DNA of 64,000 nt from Pedobacter sp. (GCA_039810685.1 JBDHXL010000009.1:8029-72028), one strand, 5' to 3'. Shown: positions 10,470 to 20,397, numbered from the stretch's first letter. Notes: a model not told the origin generated them from the sequence alone. Numbers and translations: made by a program.

Positions 10470-10477
10470 TACCTTTG
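10470..10477 (+). promoter_or_regulatory. -7 element (TACCTTTG) for purF
   Basis: TAnnTTTG consensus, 17 nt before the ATG. Confidence 0.65.
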
Positions 10478-10494
10478 CAGCTCATTTACTAACA

Positions 10495-12396
10495 ATGAGT
10501 GATCAGATCAAACACGAGTGCGGAATAGCCTTTATCCGCTTGTTAAAGCCCTTATCTTATTACCAGAAAAAATACGGAACAGCCCTCTATGGCCTCAATA
10601 AGCTGTATCTGTTAATGGAGAAACAGCACAACCGCGGGCAGGACGGTGCAGGTATAGCTACCATAAAGCTAGACATGAAACCCGGACATCGCTATATCAG
10701 CCGTTACCGCTCGATGGAGAAAAATGCTGTGGCAGATATTTTTGGATATGTACAAAATAAGTTTGTAGGTATTCTAAAAGAAAGCCCCGAATTGATGCAA
10801 GATGCCGAATTTCTCAAACAAAATGTAAGTTTTGTTGGTGAAGTACTACTAGGGCATTTGCGCTACGGTACCCACGGTAAAAACAGCATTGAGAGTTGCC
10901 ATCCTTTTTTGCGTCAAAACAATTGGATGAACCGTAACTTGGTAATTGCCGGAAATTTTAACATGACTAATGTTGATGAGTTGCTGGAACAATTGTACGA
11001 GTTGGGTCAGCATCCGAAGGAGAAGGCTGATACCGTTACGGTATTAGAAAAAATTGGGCACTTTCTTGACGATGAGAACCAACAACTTTTTGATGAATAC
11101 AAGAAAAGTGGCCTTTCTAATGTCGAGATTACCAATTTGATTTCAAAAAACCTTGATATTGCCCGTATCTTGCGCCGTTCTGCCAAAACTTGGGACGGTG
11201 GTTTTACTATTTCGGGCATTGTAGGTAATGGTGATGCATTTGTGTTGCGTGATCCTGCTGGTATTCGGCCAGCCTTTTACTACATAGATGATGAAATTGT
11301 AGTAGCAGCATCTGAACGCCCGGCTATTCAAACTGCTTTCAATGTTCAAATCAATAAAGTAAAGGAAATAAAACCCGGACACGCCCTAATTATTAAAAAA
11401 GACGGTACAATAAGTGAAGAAATGTACCGGGAGCCCGTTGAAGAAAAGGCATGCTCTTTCGAGCGTATTTATTTTTCAAGAGGTAGCGATGCCGATATTT
11501 ACAAAGAGCGTAAACGTTTGGGCGAATTACTTTGTCCAACTGTACTAAAATCAGTTGATTACGATATAAAGAATACTGTTTTTTCTTTTATACCTAATAC
11601 TGCCGAAATTTCTTTCTATGGTTTGGTGGATGGCCTGCACAAACACATCAAACAAGTGCAGAAAGATGCCTTAACAGGTAATTCAGCATTGAGTGATTCC
11701 GAACTTGACGAACTACTTTCTATGCGACCAAGGGTAGAGCGTTTGGCCATAAAGGATGTTAAATTACGAACCTTTATTACCCAAGATGCTGATAGGAGCG
11801 AGATGGTAGCGCACGTATATGACACCACCTATGGAATTATTAAAAACCATACGGATACTTTGGTGGCTGTTGATGATTCGATTGTGAGAGGTACAACTTT
11901 GAAAGAAAGTATCATCAAAATTATTGACCGTTTACACCCTAAAAAAATAATAATCGTTTCATCTGCTCCTCAAATCAGATATCCTGACTGTTACGGTATA
12001 GATATGTCCCGTATGGGTGAGTTTGTAGCTTTTGAGGCAGCCATACAATTGCTTAAAGAGCGTGGAAAAGAAGCTCTTATTAAAGAGGTTTATGAGAAAT
12101 GCAAGGCCTCTTTGCTTTTGCCTAAAGAAGAGATAGTGAACCATGTTAAGGAAATTTATCGGCCATTTACCGTAGCTGAAATATCGGAGCGTATTGCGAA
12201 GATTATAACACCAGCCGGAACGGTTGCACAAATTGAGGTGATTTATCAGAGTCTGGAAAATTTACATGAGGCCTGTCCAAAACATAGAGGTGATTGGTAT
12301 TTCTCTGGCGATTACCCAACACCAGGAGGCAATAGGGTAGTGAATAAAGCCTATGTAAACTGGGTTGAAGGTAATAACCAGCGTGCCTATTTATAA
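10495..12396 (+). CDS. purF: Amidophosphoribosyltransferase, long Bacteroidota form
   Basis: KHECG Ntn nucleophile, QHNRGQDGAG, GHLRYGT, CSFERIYF, PRPP motif VDDSIVRGTT, YGIDM. Confidence 0.9.
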   Translation: MSDQIKHECGIAFIRLLKPLSYYQKKYGTALYGLNKLYLLMEKQHNRGQDGAGIATIKLDMKPGHRYISRYRSMEKNAVADIFGYVQNKFVGILKESPELMQDAEFLKQNVSFVGEVLLGHLRYGTHGKNSIESCHPFLRQNNWMNRNLVIAGNFNMTNVDELLEQLYELGQHPKEKADTVTVLEKIGHFLDDENQQLFDEYKKSGLSNVEITNLISKNLDIARILRRSAKTWDGGFTISGIVGNGDAFVLRDPAGIRPAFYYIDDEIVVAASERPAIQTAFNVQINKVKEIKPGHALIIKKDGTISEEMYREPVEEKACSFERIYFSRGSDADIYKERKRLGELLCPTVLKSVDYDIKNTVFSFIPNTAEISFYGLVDGLHKHIKQVQKDALTGNSALSDSELDELLSMRPRVERLAIKDVKLRTFITQDADRSEMVAHVYDTTYGIIKNHTDTLVAVDDSIVRGTTLKESIIKIIDRLHPKKIIIVSSAPQIRYPDCYGIDMSRMGEFVAFEAAIQLLKERGKEALIKEVYEKCKASLLLPKEEIVNHVKEIYRPFTVAEISERIAKIITPAGTVAQIEVIYQSLENLHEACPKHRGDWYFSGDYPTPGGNRVVNKAYVNWVEGNNQRAYL

Positions 12397-12422
12397 TTTT
12401 GCACGAAATAAATAAAAATTGT

Positions 12423-12453
12423 AAAGAGACTACTTAAAATGGTCTCTTTTTTT
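12423..12453. terminator. Terminator hairpin between the convergent purF and HsdR_N genes
   Basis: aaagagac / gtctcttt inverted repeat with a T-run on +; overlaps the 3' end of the HsdR_N ORF. Confidence 0.65.
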
Positions 12454-12915
12454 GTTGAGGCTATTATAGTCAGGTAAATCGGGTAAGAAACTGATTTTAT
12501 GCTGATCAAAATCTATTTCGGCAAAATAGTGATCTAAGCCGTTGCTTAAAGCTATCCAAGGTGCTTGCAATACTTGGTTGTATCGTGCTGCTTGGTCAAA
12601 AGTAGCTTGACTAATGGTGACACTTGGAGCCTTGCACTCAACCAGTAACAAAGGTTGACCAGTAGGTGAATAGGCTAAAATATCACTTCTTTTCTGTCTT
12701 TGCAGTAGTTTGAGTCCTCCTTCAATTTGTAAAAGAGTAGCCGGAAAACCTTTTTGGTGTATTAGAAACTTGATGAAATGTTGGCGTACCCATTCTTCGG
12801 GGCTTAAGACCAGATGTTTTTTCCTAATCTCATCAAAAATATAAAGTATAGTCTCTTTTCTACTTATTTTAAAAGGATAAGGTGGAAGGTTTAATGTCGG
12901 CAACTCAATATTCAT
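12430..12915 (-). CDS. Stand-alone type I restriction enzyme HsdR N-terminal (HSDR_N_2) domain protein
   Basis: IFDEIRKK.LVLSPEEWVRQHF, RSDIL..., LLVECKAP (PD-(D/E)xK-like), Q.ARYN, SNG. Start 12915 is supported by TACTTTTG 5 nt upstream. Confidence 0.85.
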   Translation of the reverse strand: MNIELPTLNLPPYPFKISRKETILYIFDEIRKKHLVLSPEEWVRQHFIKFLIHQKGFPATLLQIEGGLKLLQRQKRSDILAYSPTGQPLLLVECKAPSVTISQATFDQAARYNQVLQAPWIALSNGLDHYFAEIDFDQHKISFLPDLPDYNSLNKKRDHFK

Positions 12916-12920
12916 GCACT

Positions 12921-12928
12921 CAAAAGTA
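12921..12928 (-). promoter_or_regulatory. -7 element (TACTTTTG) for the HsdR_N gene
   Basis: caaaagta on + strand; 5 nt from ATG 12915. Confidence 0.6.
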
Positions 12929-13024
12929 AACAAATGAAATTGTTTAACGTAAACCAACCTTATGTTCTAGCTCCACAATAGTTGTAAGGTCTATTTTTAT
13001 TTATTGCAACATTAGCCAAAATTG

Positions 13025-13032
13025 TATCTTTG
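13025..13032 (+). promoter_or_regulatory. -7 element (TATCTTTG) for holA
   Basis: Consensus match, 4 nt before the ATG. Confidence 0.65.
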
Positions 13033-13036
13033 ACTA

Positions 13037-14062
13037 ATGACTATCGACGATATCCTGAAGGATTTAAAAGCACGAAAATTTAAGCCCATCTACCTATTGC
13101 ATGGCAACGAGGCTTATTTTATTGACCAAATTGTTGATTATATAGAAAATAATGTGCTTAGTCCAGCTGAGCAAAGTTTTAATCAAACGATTTTATACGG
13201 GAAAGACACGGATATGACCACAGTCATCAATACGGCTAAGCGCTTTCCAATGATGTCGGACTATCAGGTAGTCATAGTAAAAGAAGCCCAAGACTTAAAA
13301 TGGGGGAAAGACGCTGATGATGAAAATTCGGAGATGGCACAAGCTATCAGGTATTTTGAGTATCCACAGGCTTCAACAATCTTAGTATTTGCCTATAAGC
13401 ACGGCGCATTTGATAAGCGTAAAAAAATATACAAGGTATTGGCTAATACTGCTTTGTTGTTTCAGAGTGATGAGGTAAGAGAGAATAAAATTGCAAGTTG
13501 GATTGAAACTTATGTAAAAGGCAAAGGTTATCAAATATCAACCCAAAGTAGTGTTTTAATAGCCGAATACTTGGGTACAGATTTATCTAAAATAACCAAT
13601 GAAATAGATAAACTTTGCTTGAATATTGAACAGAATAGTTTAATAACCGATGATCATATTCAAAAAAATATCGGTATTAGTAAAGAGTATAATGTATTTG
13701 AGTTGCAAAAAGCATTGGCTAAACGGCAAGTGTTAAAATGCAACCAAATTATTAACTATTTTGCAGCAAATCCAAAAGCCAATCCAATGGTGTTGGTGTT
13801 AGCCAATTTGTATGGTTATTTCACAAAAGTTCTTCGTTATCATTATCTTGTTAATAAGGCAGATGCCGCAAAAGAACTTGGTGTTCCGCCTTTTTTTGTG
13901 AGCGATTATGAGCTTGCATCAAGAAATTTTTCATTGCCAAAGGTGTTCCAAATTATTGCTTTATTGCGTGAGTACGATTTAAAAAGCAAAGGGCTGGATA
14001 GCACAGGAAATACTGCCGATGGAGCTTTGTTGCGAGAGCTGATATTTAAAATATTACACTAA
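13037..14062 (+). CDS. holA: DNA polymerase III subunit delta
   Basis: KPIYLLHG.E.YFID, AKRFPMMSDYQVVIVKEAQ, IGISKEYNVFELQKAL. Confidence 0.93.
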   Translation: MTIDDILKDLKARKFKPIYLLHGNEAYFIDQIVDYIENNVLSPAEQSFNQTILYGKDTDMTTVINTAKRFPMMSDYQVVIVKEAQDLKWGKDADDENSEMAQAIRYFEYPQASTILVFAYKHGAFDKRKKIYKVLANTALLFQSDEVRENKIASWIETYVKGKGYQISTQSSVLIAEYLGTDLSKITNEIDKLCLNIEQNSLITDDHIQKNIGISKEYNVFELQKALAKRQVLKCNQIINYFAANPKANPMVLVLANLYGYFTKVLRYHYLVNKADAAKELGVPPFFVSDYELASRNFSLPKVFQIIALLREYDLKSKGLDSTGNTADGALLRELIFKILH

Positions 14063-14159
14063 TACAGCTTTCTAGTAACAAAACAATAAGTTGCAGCAAC
14101 TTTATTGTCGTGTAACTAAGAAGTTATAACAAAATTTCTGTTTATAGTATTTAGTAGTT

Positions 14160-14167
14160 TATTTTTG
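14160..14167 (+). promoter_or_regulatory. -7 element (TATTTTTG) for the metalloprotease gene
   Basis: Consensus match, 23 nt before the ATG. Confidence 0.5.
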
Positions 14168-14190
14168 GTTCTTCAACTAACTTTTAAATA

Positions 14191-16737
14191 ATGATGAAAA
14201 AGAGACTCTTAACAGTTTTCTTGCTGGCAGGTTCTGTAGCAATTAACCAAGCACAAGCCCAAAGGCCAGCTACAAGGTCTGCTACACCAAGCGATACTAC
14301 GCGAAAAGCTCCATCGGCTGCGGCAAAAGCACAGCCCAAACCCTACGAACAAGTAATAACCGATAAGGCACTTAGCCGTCATGGGATGATTACCACCCAT
14401 CGTATCGATGATAAATTTTATTTTGAAATTGCTGACAGCATCTTAAATAGAGATATTTTGGTGGTAAGCCGTATCGCTAAGTCGGGTGCCGCAGTAAGAG
14501 ACGCTCAAGGTTATGCAGGCGATCAGATTGGTAGCTCTGTAATACGATTTGAAAAAGGTCCAAATCATAAAATCTATATGCGTAAAATAAGTTATGCAGC
14601 ATATAGTCCTGACACCACCAGCTCCATGTATCAATCGGTAAAGAACTCAACTGTTCAGCCTATTGCAGCAGCTTTTGATATTGCTGCCTATACAGCTGAT
14701 AAAGATGGGAGTGTGGTTGACGTGACTGCTTATACCAATAGCGACAACGATATTTTCTTTTTTAGTTCACCTTCTTTTAAATCTCGCTTCAGAATGGGAA
14801 TGCAACAGGCCGATCGTAGCTACATACAAGATATGCGCAGTTATCCTACCAATGTAGAGATAAAAACGGTGAAGACCTATACACAAACAGCAGCATCACA
14901 ACAAGGAAGTGCACCACAAATGGGTGGTGGGGCAGCTTCCGGATTTGTTACAGTTGAACTGAACACCTCTTTGGTACTGTTGCCAAAAGTACCTATGAAA
15001 CCCCGTTATTTTGACCCTCGTGTAGGTTATTTTGCTATTGGATACACCGATTTTGATAGTAACCCACAAGGCGTGAAAGAAATTGAAATGGTAAAACGTT
15101 GGCGTTTGGAGCCCAAGCCACAAGATATAGCCAAATACAAGCGTGGCGAATTGGTAGAGCCCCAAAAACCAATTATCTTCTATATTGATCCTACTACTCC
15201 AAAAAAATGGGTGCCCTACCTAATTGCAGGAGTAAACGATTGGCAAAAAGCATTTGAGAAAGCAGGCTTTAAAAATGCAATTATCGGTAAAATGGCTCCA
15301 ACAAAAGAGCAAGACTCTACTTGGAGTTTGGAAGATGCTCGCCACTCGGCAATCGTCTATAAACCATCCGAAATTGCCAACGCTAGTGGCCCAAGTATTT
15401 CTGATCCTCGATCAGGAGAAATTTTGGAAAGTCATATCAATTGGTATCACAACGTGATGAAATTGTTACGTGATTGGTACTTTATACAAAATGCAGCAGT
15501 TGACAAGAGAGCCCAAACCATTAATTTTAGCGATGAACTGATGGGCGATTTAATTCGTTTTGTTTCTTCGCATGAGGTAGGACATACCCTAGGTTTACGC
15601 CACAATTTCGGTTCAAGTTCAACTGTACCTGTTGAGAATTTGCGGAACAAAAAATGGGTGGAAGCCAACGGACACACCCCGTCTATTATGGATTATGCCC
15701 GTTTCAATTATGTGGCACAACCTGAAGACAATATCTCGAAAGCAGGACTTTACCCTCGTATCGGTGATTATGATAAATGGGCTATTGAATGGGGTTACAA
15801 ATATTTCCCAGACAGCAAATCCGTTACTTCTGATATGAAGCTATTGGATAAAATGACCCTCGAGGCGGCTAAAAATCGTCGTTTATGGTTTGGTACAGAA
15901 ACCAACCCCGACGATCCTCACTCTCAAAACGAGGATTTGAGCGACAACGCTATGAAAGCTAGTGAATACGGTATCAAAAACCTCAAGGTGATATTGACTA
16001 ACCTAAAAAAATGGACTAAGCAACCTGGCGAAAATTATGACGAACTAAAAAATATGTACGGTCAATTGACCACACAATTAGGTCGTTATATTGGCCATGT
16101 TAGCAAAAATATTGGTGGTATTTATGAAAATCCTAAAACTGTAGATCAAGAGGGAGCTGTTTATGAGAGAACACCAGCAGCTACCCAAAAAGAGGCTATG
16201 GATTTCTTGAATAAGCAAGTTTTTACTACACCAAAATGGTTGTTAGATCAGTCTATACTTGATAACATCAACGAAAATCCACTCAACGTGGTGCATCGTT
16301 TGCAAGGAGTAGCTTTGAGTAGGTTACTCTCAACTCGTGTGTTAGGCAATCTCATTGCAGCAGAAGCGACAGATGGTGCAAATGCCTACAAAATAACAGA
16401 CTTGTTTAAAGATTTGAATGCTTCAATCTTCACTGAGTTAAGAGGTGGAAATGCCGACGCTTATCGCAGAAATTTGCAGAAAGCATATGTTGATAAACTG
16501 GTGGCTATTGCTAATCCTCCTGCTCCAGCGGCATCAAGTGCTTCTACTTTTATGAGAACTAGCTCATCATCGGGTCTAGGTGCTGATCAAACCGATGTAA
16601 TTTCGGTAGTAAAAGGTCAATTGAGGGATCTACAAAAAGCTATTCAAGCTAGTGCAGCTAGCCAAAGCGATAGCTTAAACAAATATCATTTAGAAGATTT
16701 GTCAGACCGTATTCGTTTGGCTCTCGATAAAAAATAA
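14191..16737 (+). CDS. Exported zinc-dependent metalloprotease (DUF5117/DUF5118/DUF4953, EcxA-like metzincin)
   Basis: Signal peptide; HEVGHTLGLRHN (HExxHxxGxxH) and SIMDY Met-turn; DPRVGYF and RWRLEPK motifs. Confidence 0.9.
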   Translation: MMKKRLLTVFLLAGSVAINQAQAQRPATRSATPSDTTRKAPSAAAKAQPKPYEQVITDKALSRHGMITTHRIDDKFYFEIADSILNRDILVVSRIAKSGAAVRDAQGYAGDQIGSSVIRFEKGPNHKIYMRKISYAAYSPDTTSSMYQSVKNSTVQPIAAAFDIAAYTADKDGSVVDVTAYTNSDNDIFFFSSPSFKSRFRMGMQQADRSYIQDMRSYPTNVEIKTVKTYTQTAASQQGSAPQMGGGAASGFVTVELNTSLVLLPKVPMKPRYFDPRVGYFAIGYTDFDSNPQGVKEIEMVKRWRLEPKPQDIAKYKRGELVEPQKPIIFYIDPTTPKKWVPYLIAGVNDWQKAFEKAGFKNAIIGKMAPTKEQDSTWSLEDARHSAIVYKPSEIANASGPSISDPRSGEILESHINWYHNVMKLLRDWYFIQNAAVDKRAQTINFSDELMGDLIRFVSSHEVGHTLGLRHNFGSSSTVPVENLRNKKWVEANGHTPSIMDYARFNYVAQPEDNISKAGLYPRIGDYDKWAIEWGYKYFPDSKSVTSDMKLLDKMTLEAAKNRRLWFGTETNPDDPHSQNEDLSDNAMKASEYGIKNLKVILTNLKKWTKQPGENYDELKNMYGQLTTQLGRYIGHVSKNIGGIYENPKTVDQEGAVYERTPAATQKEAMDFLNKQVFTTPKWLLDQSILDNINENPLNVVHRLQGVALSRLLSTRVLGNLIAAEATDGANAYKITDLFKDLNASIFTELRGGNADAYRRNLQKAYVDKLVAIANPPAPAASSASTFMRTSSSSGLGADQTDVISVVKGQLRDLQKAIQASAASQSDSLNKYHLEDLSDRIRLALDKK

Positions 16738-16754
16738 AAAATTCTTTATCGCAC

Positions 16755-16791
16755 AAAAATCTCCCCAAATATTAGCTTGGGGAGATTTTTT
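16755..16791 (+). terminator. Intrinsic terminator
   Basis: Perfect 14-bp inverted repeat aaaaatctccccaa / ttggggagattttt with an 8-nt loop. Confidence 0.85.
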
Positions 16792-16871
16792 GTTTTTACT
16801 CAAAATGCCTGATAAAAGCTTAACTTAGCTGATGATGGATTTTCCATTTTAACACCAAATAATCAACCCTA

Positions 16872-18500
16872 ATGGACATCTCTTTCAACAAAAACGAAGA
16901 TTACAACAAGCAGCTAGTTTATAAACTACAACAAAGGCTTAAAAAGGTTAAGCAGGGCGGAGGTGAAAAAAATGCCCAAAAGCAAAAGGAAAAAGGCAAA
17001 ATGCTAGCTCGAGAGCGAATAGCTTACCTGTTGGATAAAGATATGCCCCACACAGAGATTGCAGCCTTAGCAGCCGATGGTATGTACGAGACCGAAGGCG
17101 GCTGCCCAAGTGCGGGGGTAGTAGTGGTGTTGGGTTATATCTCAGGGAAGATGTGTGTGGTGGTAGCTAATGATGCTACTGTAAAAGCAGGAGCTTGGTT
17201 TCCTATGACAGCCAAAAAAAACCTACGTGCCCAAGAAATTGCTATGGAAAATAGGCTACCCATTATTTATTTGGTTGATAGCGCAGGGGTATATTTACCG
17301 ATGCAAGACGAGATATTTCCAGACAAAGAACATTTTGGGCGCATTTTTCGCAACAATGCTGTAATGTCGGCAGCGGGAATTGTGCAAATTTCTGCAATTA
17401 TGGGTTCTTGTGTGGCCGGAGGTGCCTATTTACCTATTATGAGTGATGAAGCGATGATTGTGGATGGGACAGGATCGGTTTTTCTGGCAGGCTCTTATTT
17501 GGTAAAATCTGCTATTGGTGAAGATATTGATAACGAAACCTTGGGAGGTGCAACAACCCACTGCGAGATTTCGGGAGTAACTGATTATAAACAGCCTGAT
17601 GACAAAACTTGTTTGGACAGTATACGAAATATCATTTCAATGATGGCCACTCCACAACTTGCCGGGTTTAACCGTATCAAAGCGCAAGCCCCAAGCTTGT
17701 CTCCAGAAGACATATATGGCATTTTGCCCGACCATCGAGAAAAACCATACGATATGAAAGAAATCATCAAACGTTTGGTGGACAACTCTGATTTTGAAGA
17801 GTATAAAGCTTTATATGGCCAAACCATTATTTGCGGCTTGGCACGAATTGAAGGTTGGGCCGTGGGCATAGTCGCCAATCAGCGTTCGGTAGTGAAATCA
17901 AAAAAAGGAGAAATGCAATTTGGTGGAGTCATCTACTCAGACAGTGCCGATAAGGCTGCCCGATTCATTATGAATTGTAATCAAAAGAAAATTCCTTTGG
18001 TCTTTTTGCAAGATGTTACCGGTTTTATGGTGGGCAGTCGTTCTGAGCAAGGTGGTATTATAAAAGATGGGGCAAAAATGGTCAACGCTGTAGCCAATTC
18101 GGTCGTGCCTAAATTTACCGTTGTAGTAGGTAATTCGTATGGTGCGGGCAACTATGCAATGTGTGGTAAGGCCTACGACCCCAGGTTTATTTATGCTTGG
18201 CCAAGCGCAAAAATTGCTGTAATGGGTGGGGCTCAGGCTGCAAAGGTGTTGTTGCAAATTCAAGAATCAGCACATAAAAGTAAAGGCGAAAATTTATCAG
18301 AAGAACAAAGAACACAGCTATTAGCAGAAATTAGCGGTCGTTACGAAGCTCAAACCAGTCCATACTATGCGGCAGCACGGTTATGGGTTGATGGTATAAT
18401 TAATCCGCAAAACACCCGACAGCATATTGCAATGGGTATCGAGGCAGCAAACCATGCACCAATAGAGAAAGCATTTAATCCTGGAATAATACAAACTTAA
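16872..18500 (+). CDS. Acyl-CoA carboxylase carboxyltransferase (beta) subunit, methylcrotonyl-CoA carboxylase type
   Basis: VANDATVKAGAW, DSAGVYLP, GSCVAGGAY, SYGAGNYAMCG. Confidence 0.92.
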   Translation: MDISFNKNEDYNKQLVYKLQQRLKKVKQGGGEKNAQKQKEKGKMLARERIAYLLDKDMPHTEIAALAADGMYETEGGCPSAGVVVVLGYISGKMCVVVANDATVKAGAWFPMTAKKNLRAQEIAMENRLPIIYLVDSAGVYLPMQDEIFPDKEHFGRIFRNNAVMSAAGIVQISAIMGSCVAGGAYLPIMSDEAMIVDGTGSVFLAGSYLVKSAIGEDIDNETLGGATTHCEISGVTDYKQPDDKTCLDSIRNIISMMATPQLAGFNRIKAQAPSLSPEDIYGILPDHREKPYDMKEIIKRLVDNSDFEEYKALYGQTIICGLARIEGWAVGIVANQRSVVKSKKGEMQFGGVIYSDSADKAARFIMNCNQKKIPLVFLQDVTGFMVGSRSEQGGIIKDGAKMVNAVANSVVPKFTVVVGNSYGAGNYAMCGKAYDPRFIYAWPSAKIAVMGGAQAAKVLLQIQESAHKSKGENLSEEQRTQLLAEISGRYEAQTSPYYAAARLWVDGIINPQNTRQHIAMGIEAANHAPIEKAFNPGIIQT

Positions 18501-18508
18501 AACACACG

Positions 18509-19678
18509 ATGAAAATTATAAGACACCTCGCTTTTGTACCGCTTGTTTGCTTGGTCTGTGCCACTAGTTTGGCTCAAAATTACAAGAAAGTACATAAGCA
18601 AACCTTACTTATTGATACCCACGACGATGTTATTTCTAGATTATTGGAAGAAGATGCCGATTTAGCTAAAGAACAAACTCACCTAGAGTTTGATTTAGTT
18701 AAGGCCAAAAAAGGAGGGCTTAAGGCTCAAGTATTTTCTATTTGGGGTGATGAAAAAATTGGCTATAAACATGCACAAAGAGAGATAGATACTTTGATGG
18801 TCTTGATAAATAGGCATCCGGATAAGATAAGTTTGGTTAAGGATGCTCAATCTTTGCGTAGTACCGTAAAGCAAGGAAAATTAGCCGCTATGATTGGCGT
18901 AGAAGGAGGCCACATGATAGATAATGATTTGTCGAAGATAGATAGTTTGGCAGCAAGGGGAATGATTTACTTGACACTTACCTGGAACAATAGTACTAAT
19001 TGGGCCAGCTCTGCAGTTGATGAACGGGGAGCCAAATTAGGGGGTAGAAAACCAGGGCTCGATGGTTTTGGCCAAGAAGTGGTGAAACGTTTAAACCAAT
19101 TGGGCGTAATGGTTGATTTGTCTCATGTTGGTGAACAAACCTTTTTTGATGCCATTAAACTCTCAACCAAACCTGTTATCTTATCACATAGCTGCGCTTA
19201 TGCCATTAATCCGGTGCCTCGAAACATTAAAGATGAACAAATTTTAGCTTTAGGAAAAAATGGAGGGCTTATTTCAATTAACTTTTATAACGGTTTTGTT
19301 GATCCCAACTACGATAAAGAATTTTCCAAATTTATGGACAGGCATCGAGCCGAGTACCAGCAATTATTGAAAGATAAACAATCTGATGCCCGTCGAAAAT
19401 TGATTGAGAAATATAGTAGTGAGTTTGAGCAAATAAAACCCAATATTGATTTATTGGTAGATCATATTGATCATATCGTGAAGCTAATTGGTATAGACCA
19501 TGTTGGTATAGGTGCTGATTATGATGGAGCAACCTCTTATCCTCAGCAACTTGCAAATGTGGCCGATTATCCAAATCTCACAAAAGCATTACTAAAAAGA
19601 GGTTATACTTTGACCGATATAAAAAAAATATATGGCGAGAACTTTCTGAGAGTACTAAAGGCTAATAAGGGAAGCTAA
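18509..19678 (+). CDS. Membrane dipeptidase (peptidase M19)
   Basis: Signal peptide; DTHDD, GVEGGH, YLTLTWN, VDLSH, SHS, GIGADYDG. Confidence 0.92.
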   Translation: MKIIRHLAFVPLVCLVCATSLAQNYKKVHKQTLLIDTHDDVISRLLEEDADLAKEQTHLEFDLVKAKKGGLKAQVFSIWGDEKIGYKHAQREIDTLMVLINRHPDKISLVKDAQSLRSTVKQGKLAAMIGVEGGHMIDNDLSKIDSLAARGMIYLTLTWNNSTNWASSAVDERGAKLGGRKPGLDGFGQEVVKRLNQLGVMVDLSHVGEQTFFDAIKLSTKPVILSHSCAYAINPVPRNIKDEQILALGKNGGLISINFYNGFVDPNYDKEFSKFMDRHRAEYQQLLKDKQSDARRKLIEKYSSEFEQIKPNIDLLVDHIDHIVKLIGIDHVGIGADYDGATSYPQQLANVADYPNLTKALLKRGYTLTDIKKIYGENFLRVLKANKGS

Positions 19679-19764
19679 TAGTCTTCTTAGCAATATTTTT
19701 TACGAAAAGCTTGACGAATCTTCGCTTTTTGACAAAATAATCATAGCATTCAGATAATTGCCTT

Positions 19765-19772
19765 TATATTTG
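19765..19772 (+). promoter_or_regulatory. -7 element (TATATTTG) for slyD
   Basis: Consensus match about 60 nt upstream of the ATG. Confidence 0.6.
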
Positions 19773-19834
19773 TCCGAAATTATCCTGCCGGAGTATGTTC
19801 TCCTGCTTTTAGAAAACCAATTAAATAATACGGA

Positions 19835-20341
19835 ATGAAAATTAGTCCAAACACGGTAGTTGCGCTAACCTACGAGTTGCACACCACTACACCAGAGGGT
19901 ACACAGGTATTCGTAGAGAAGGCCACCAAAGAACATCCACTTGTATTTTTATACGGGGTAGGGATGATGTTGCCAAAGTTTGAAGAACACTTAGCAGGAT
20001 TGACTGTTGGAGATAGCTACGGATTTGAGCTTTCTGCTGCTGATGGTTATGGAGAGATAGACCCAGGAGCTTTTGCTGATTTGCCTGTTACAATGTTTAA
20101 AGAAGGAGGTGCTGATTTACCACAAGTAGGTGATGTTATTCCTTTGCAAGACAACCAAGGCAACCACTTCCGTGCAGGAGTAACAGCTGTGCATGATGAG
20201 TATGTGTCGGTAGATTTAAACCACCCTATGGCTGGCAAAAACTTGATTTTTTCTGGAGAAATTGTTTTGGTAAGAGAGGCTACCGCTGATGAACTGGCTC
20301 ATGGTCATGCTCACGGTGCTGATGGACACTCGGGGCACTAA
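19835..20341 (+). CDS. slyD: FKBP-type peptidyl-prolyl isomerase, SlyD-like
   Basis: P.VFLYG.G.MLPKFE..L.G, DLNHPMAGKNL.F, His-rich tail AHGHAHGADGHSGH. Confidence 0.9.
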   Translation: MKISPNTVVALTYELHTTTPEGTQVFVEKATKEHPLVFLYGVGMMLPKFEEHLAGLTVGDSYGFELSAADGYGEIDPGAFADLPVTMFKEGGADLPQVGDVIPLQDNQGNHFRAGVTAVHDEYVSVDLNHPMAGKNLIFSGEIVLVREATADELAHGHAHGADGHSGH

Positions 20342-20362
20342 GTAAAATATTAACTATTTAAG

Positions 20363-20397
20363 AAAGGCGGTCAAATATTACTTTGGCTGCCTTTTTT
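20363..20397. terminator. Bidirectional terminator between slyD and lptF/G
   Basis: 13-bp stem aaaggcggtcaaa / tttggctgccttt (two G-U pairs) followed by a T-run. Confidence 0.8.

Noticed and set aside
12430-12915. Type I restriction-modification system
   Set aside because: Only the small HsdR N-terminal domain is present, with no motor domain, hsdM or hsdS in the window.
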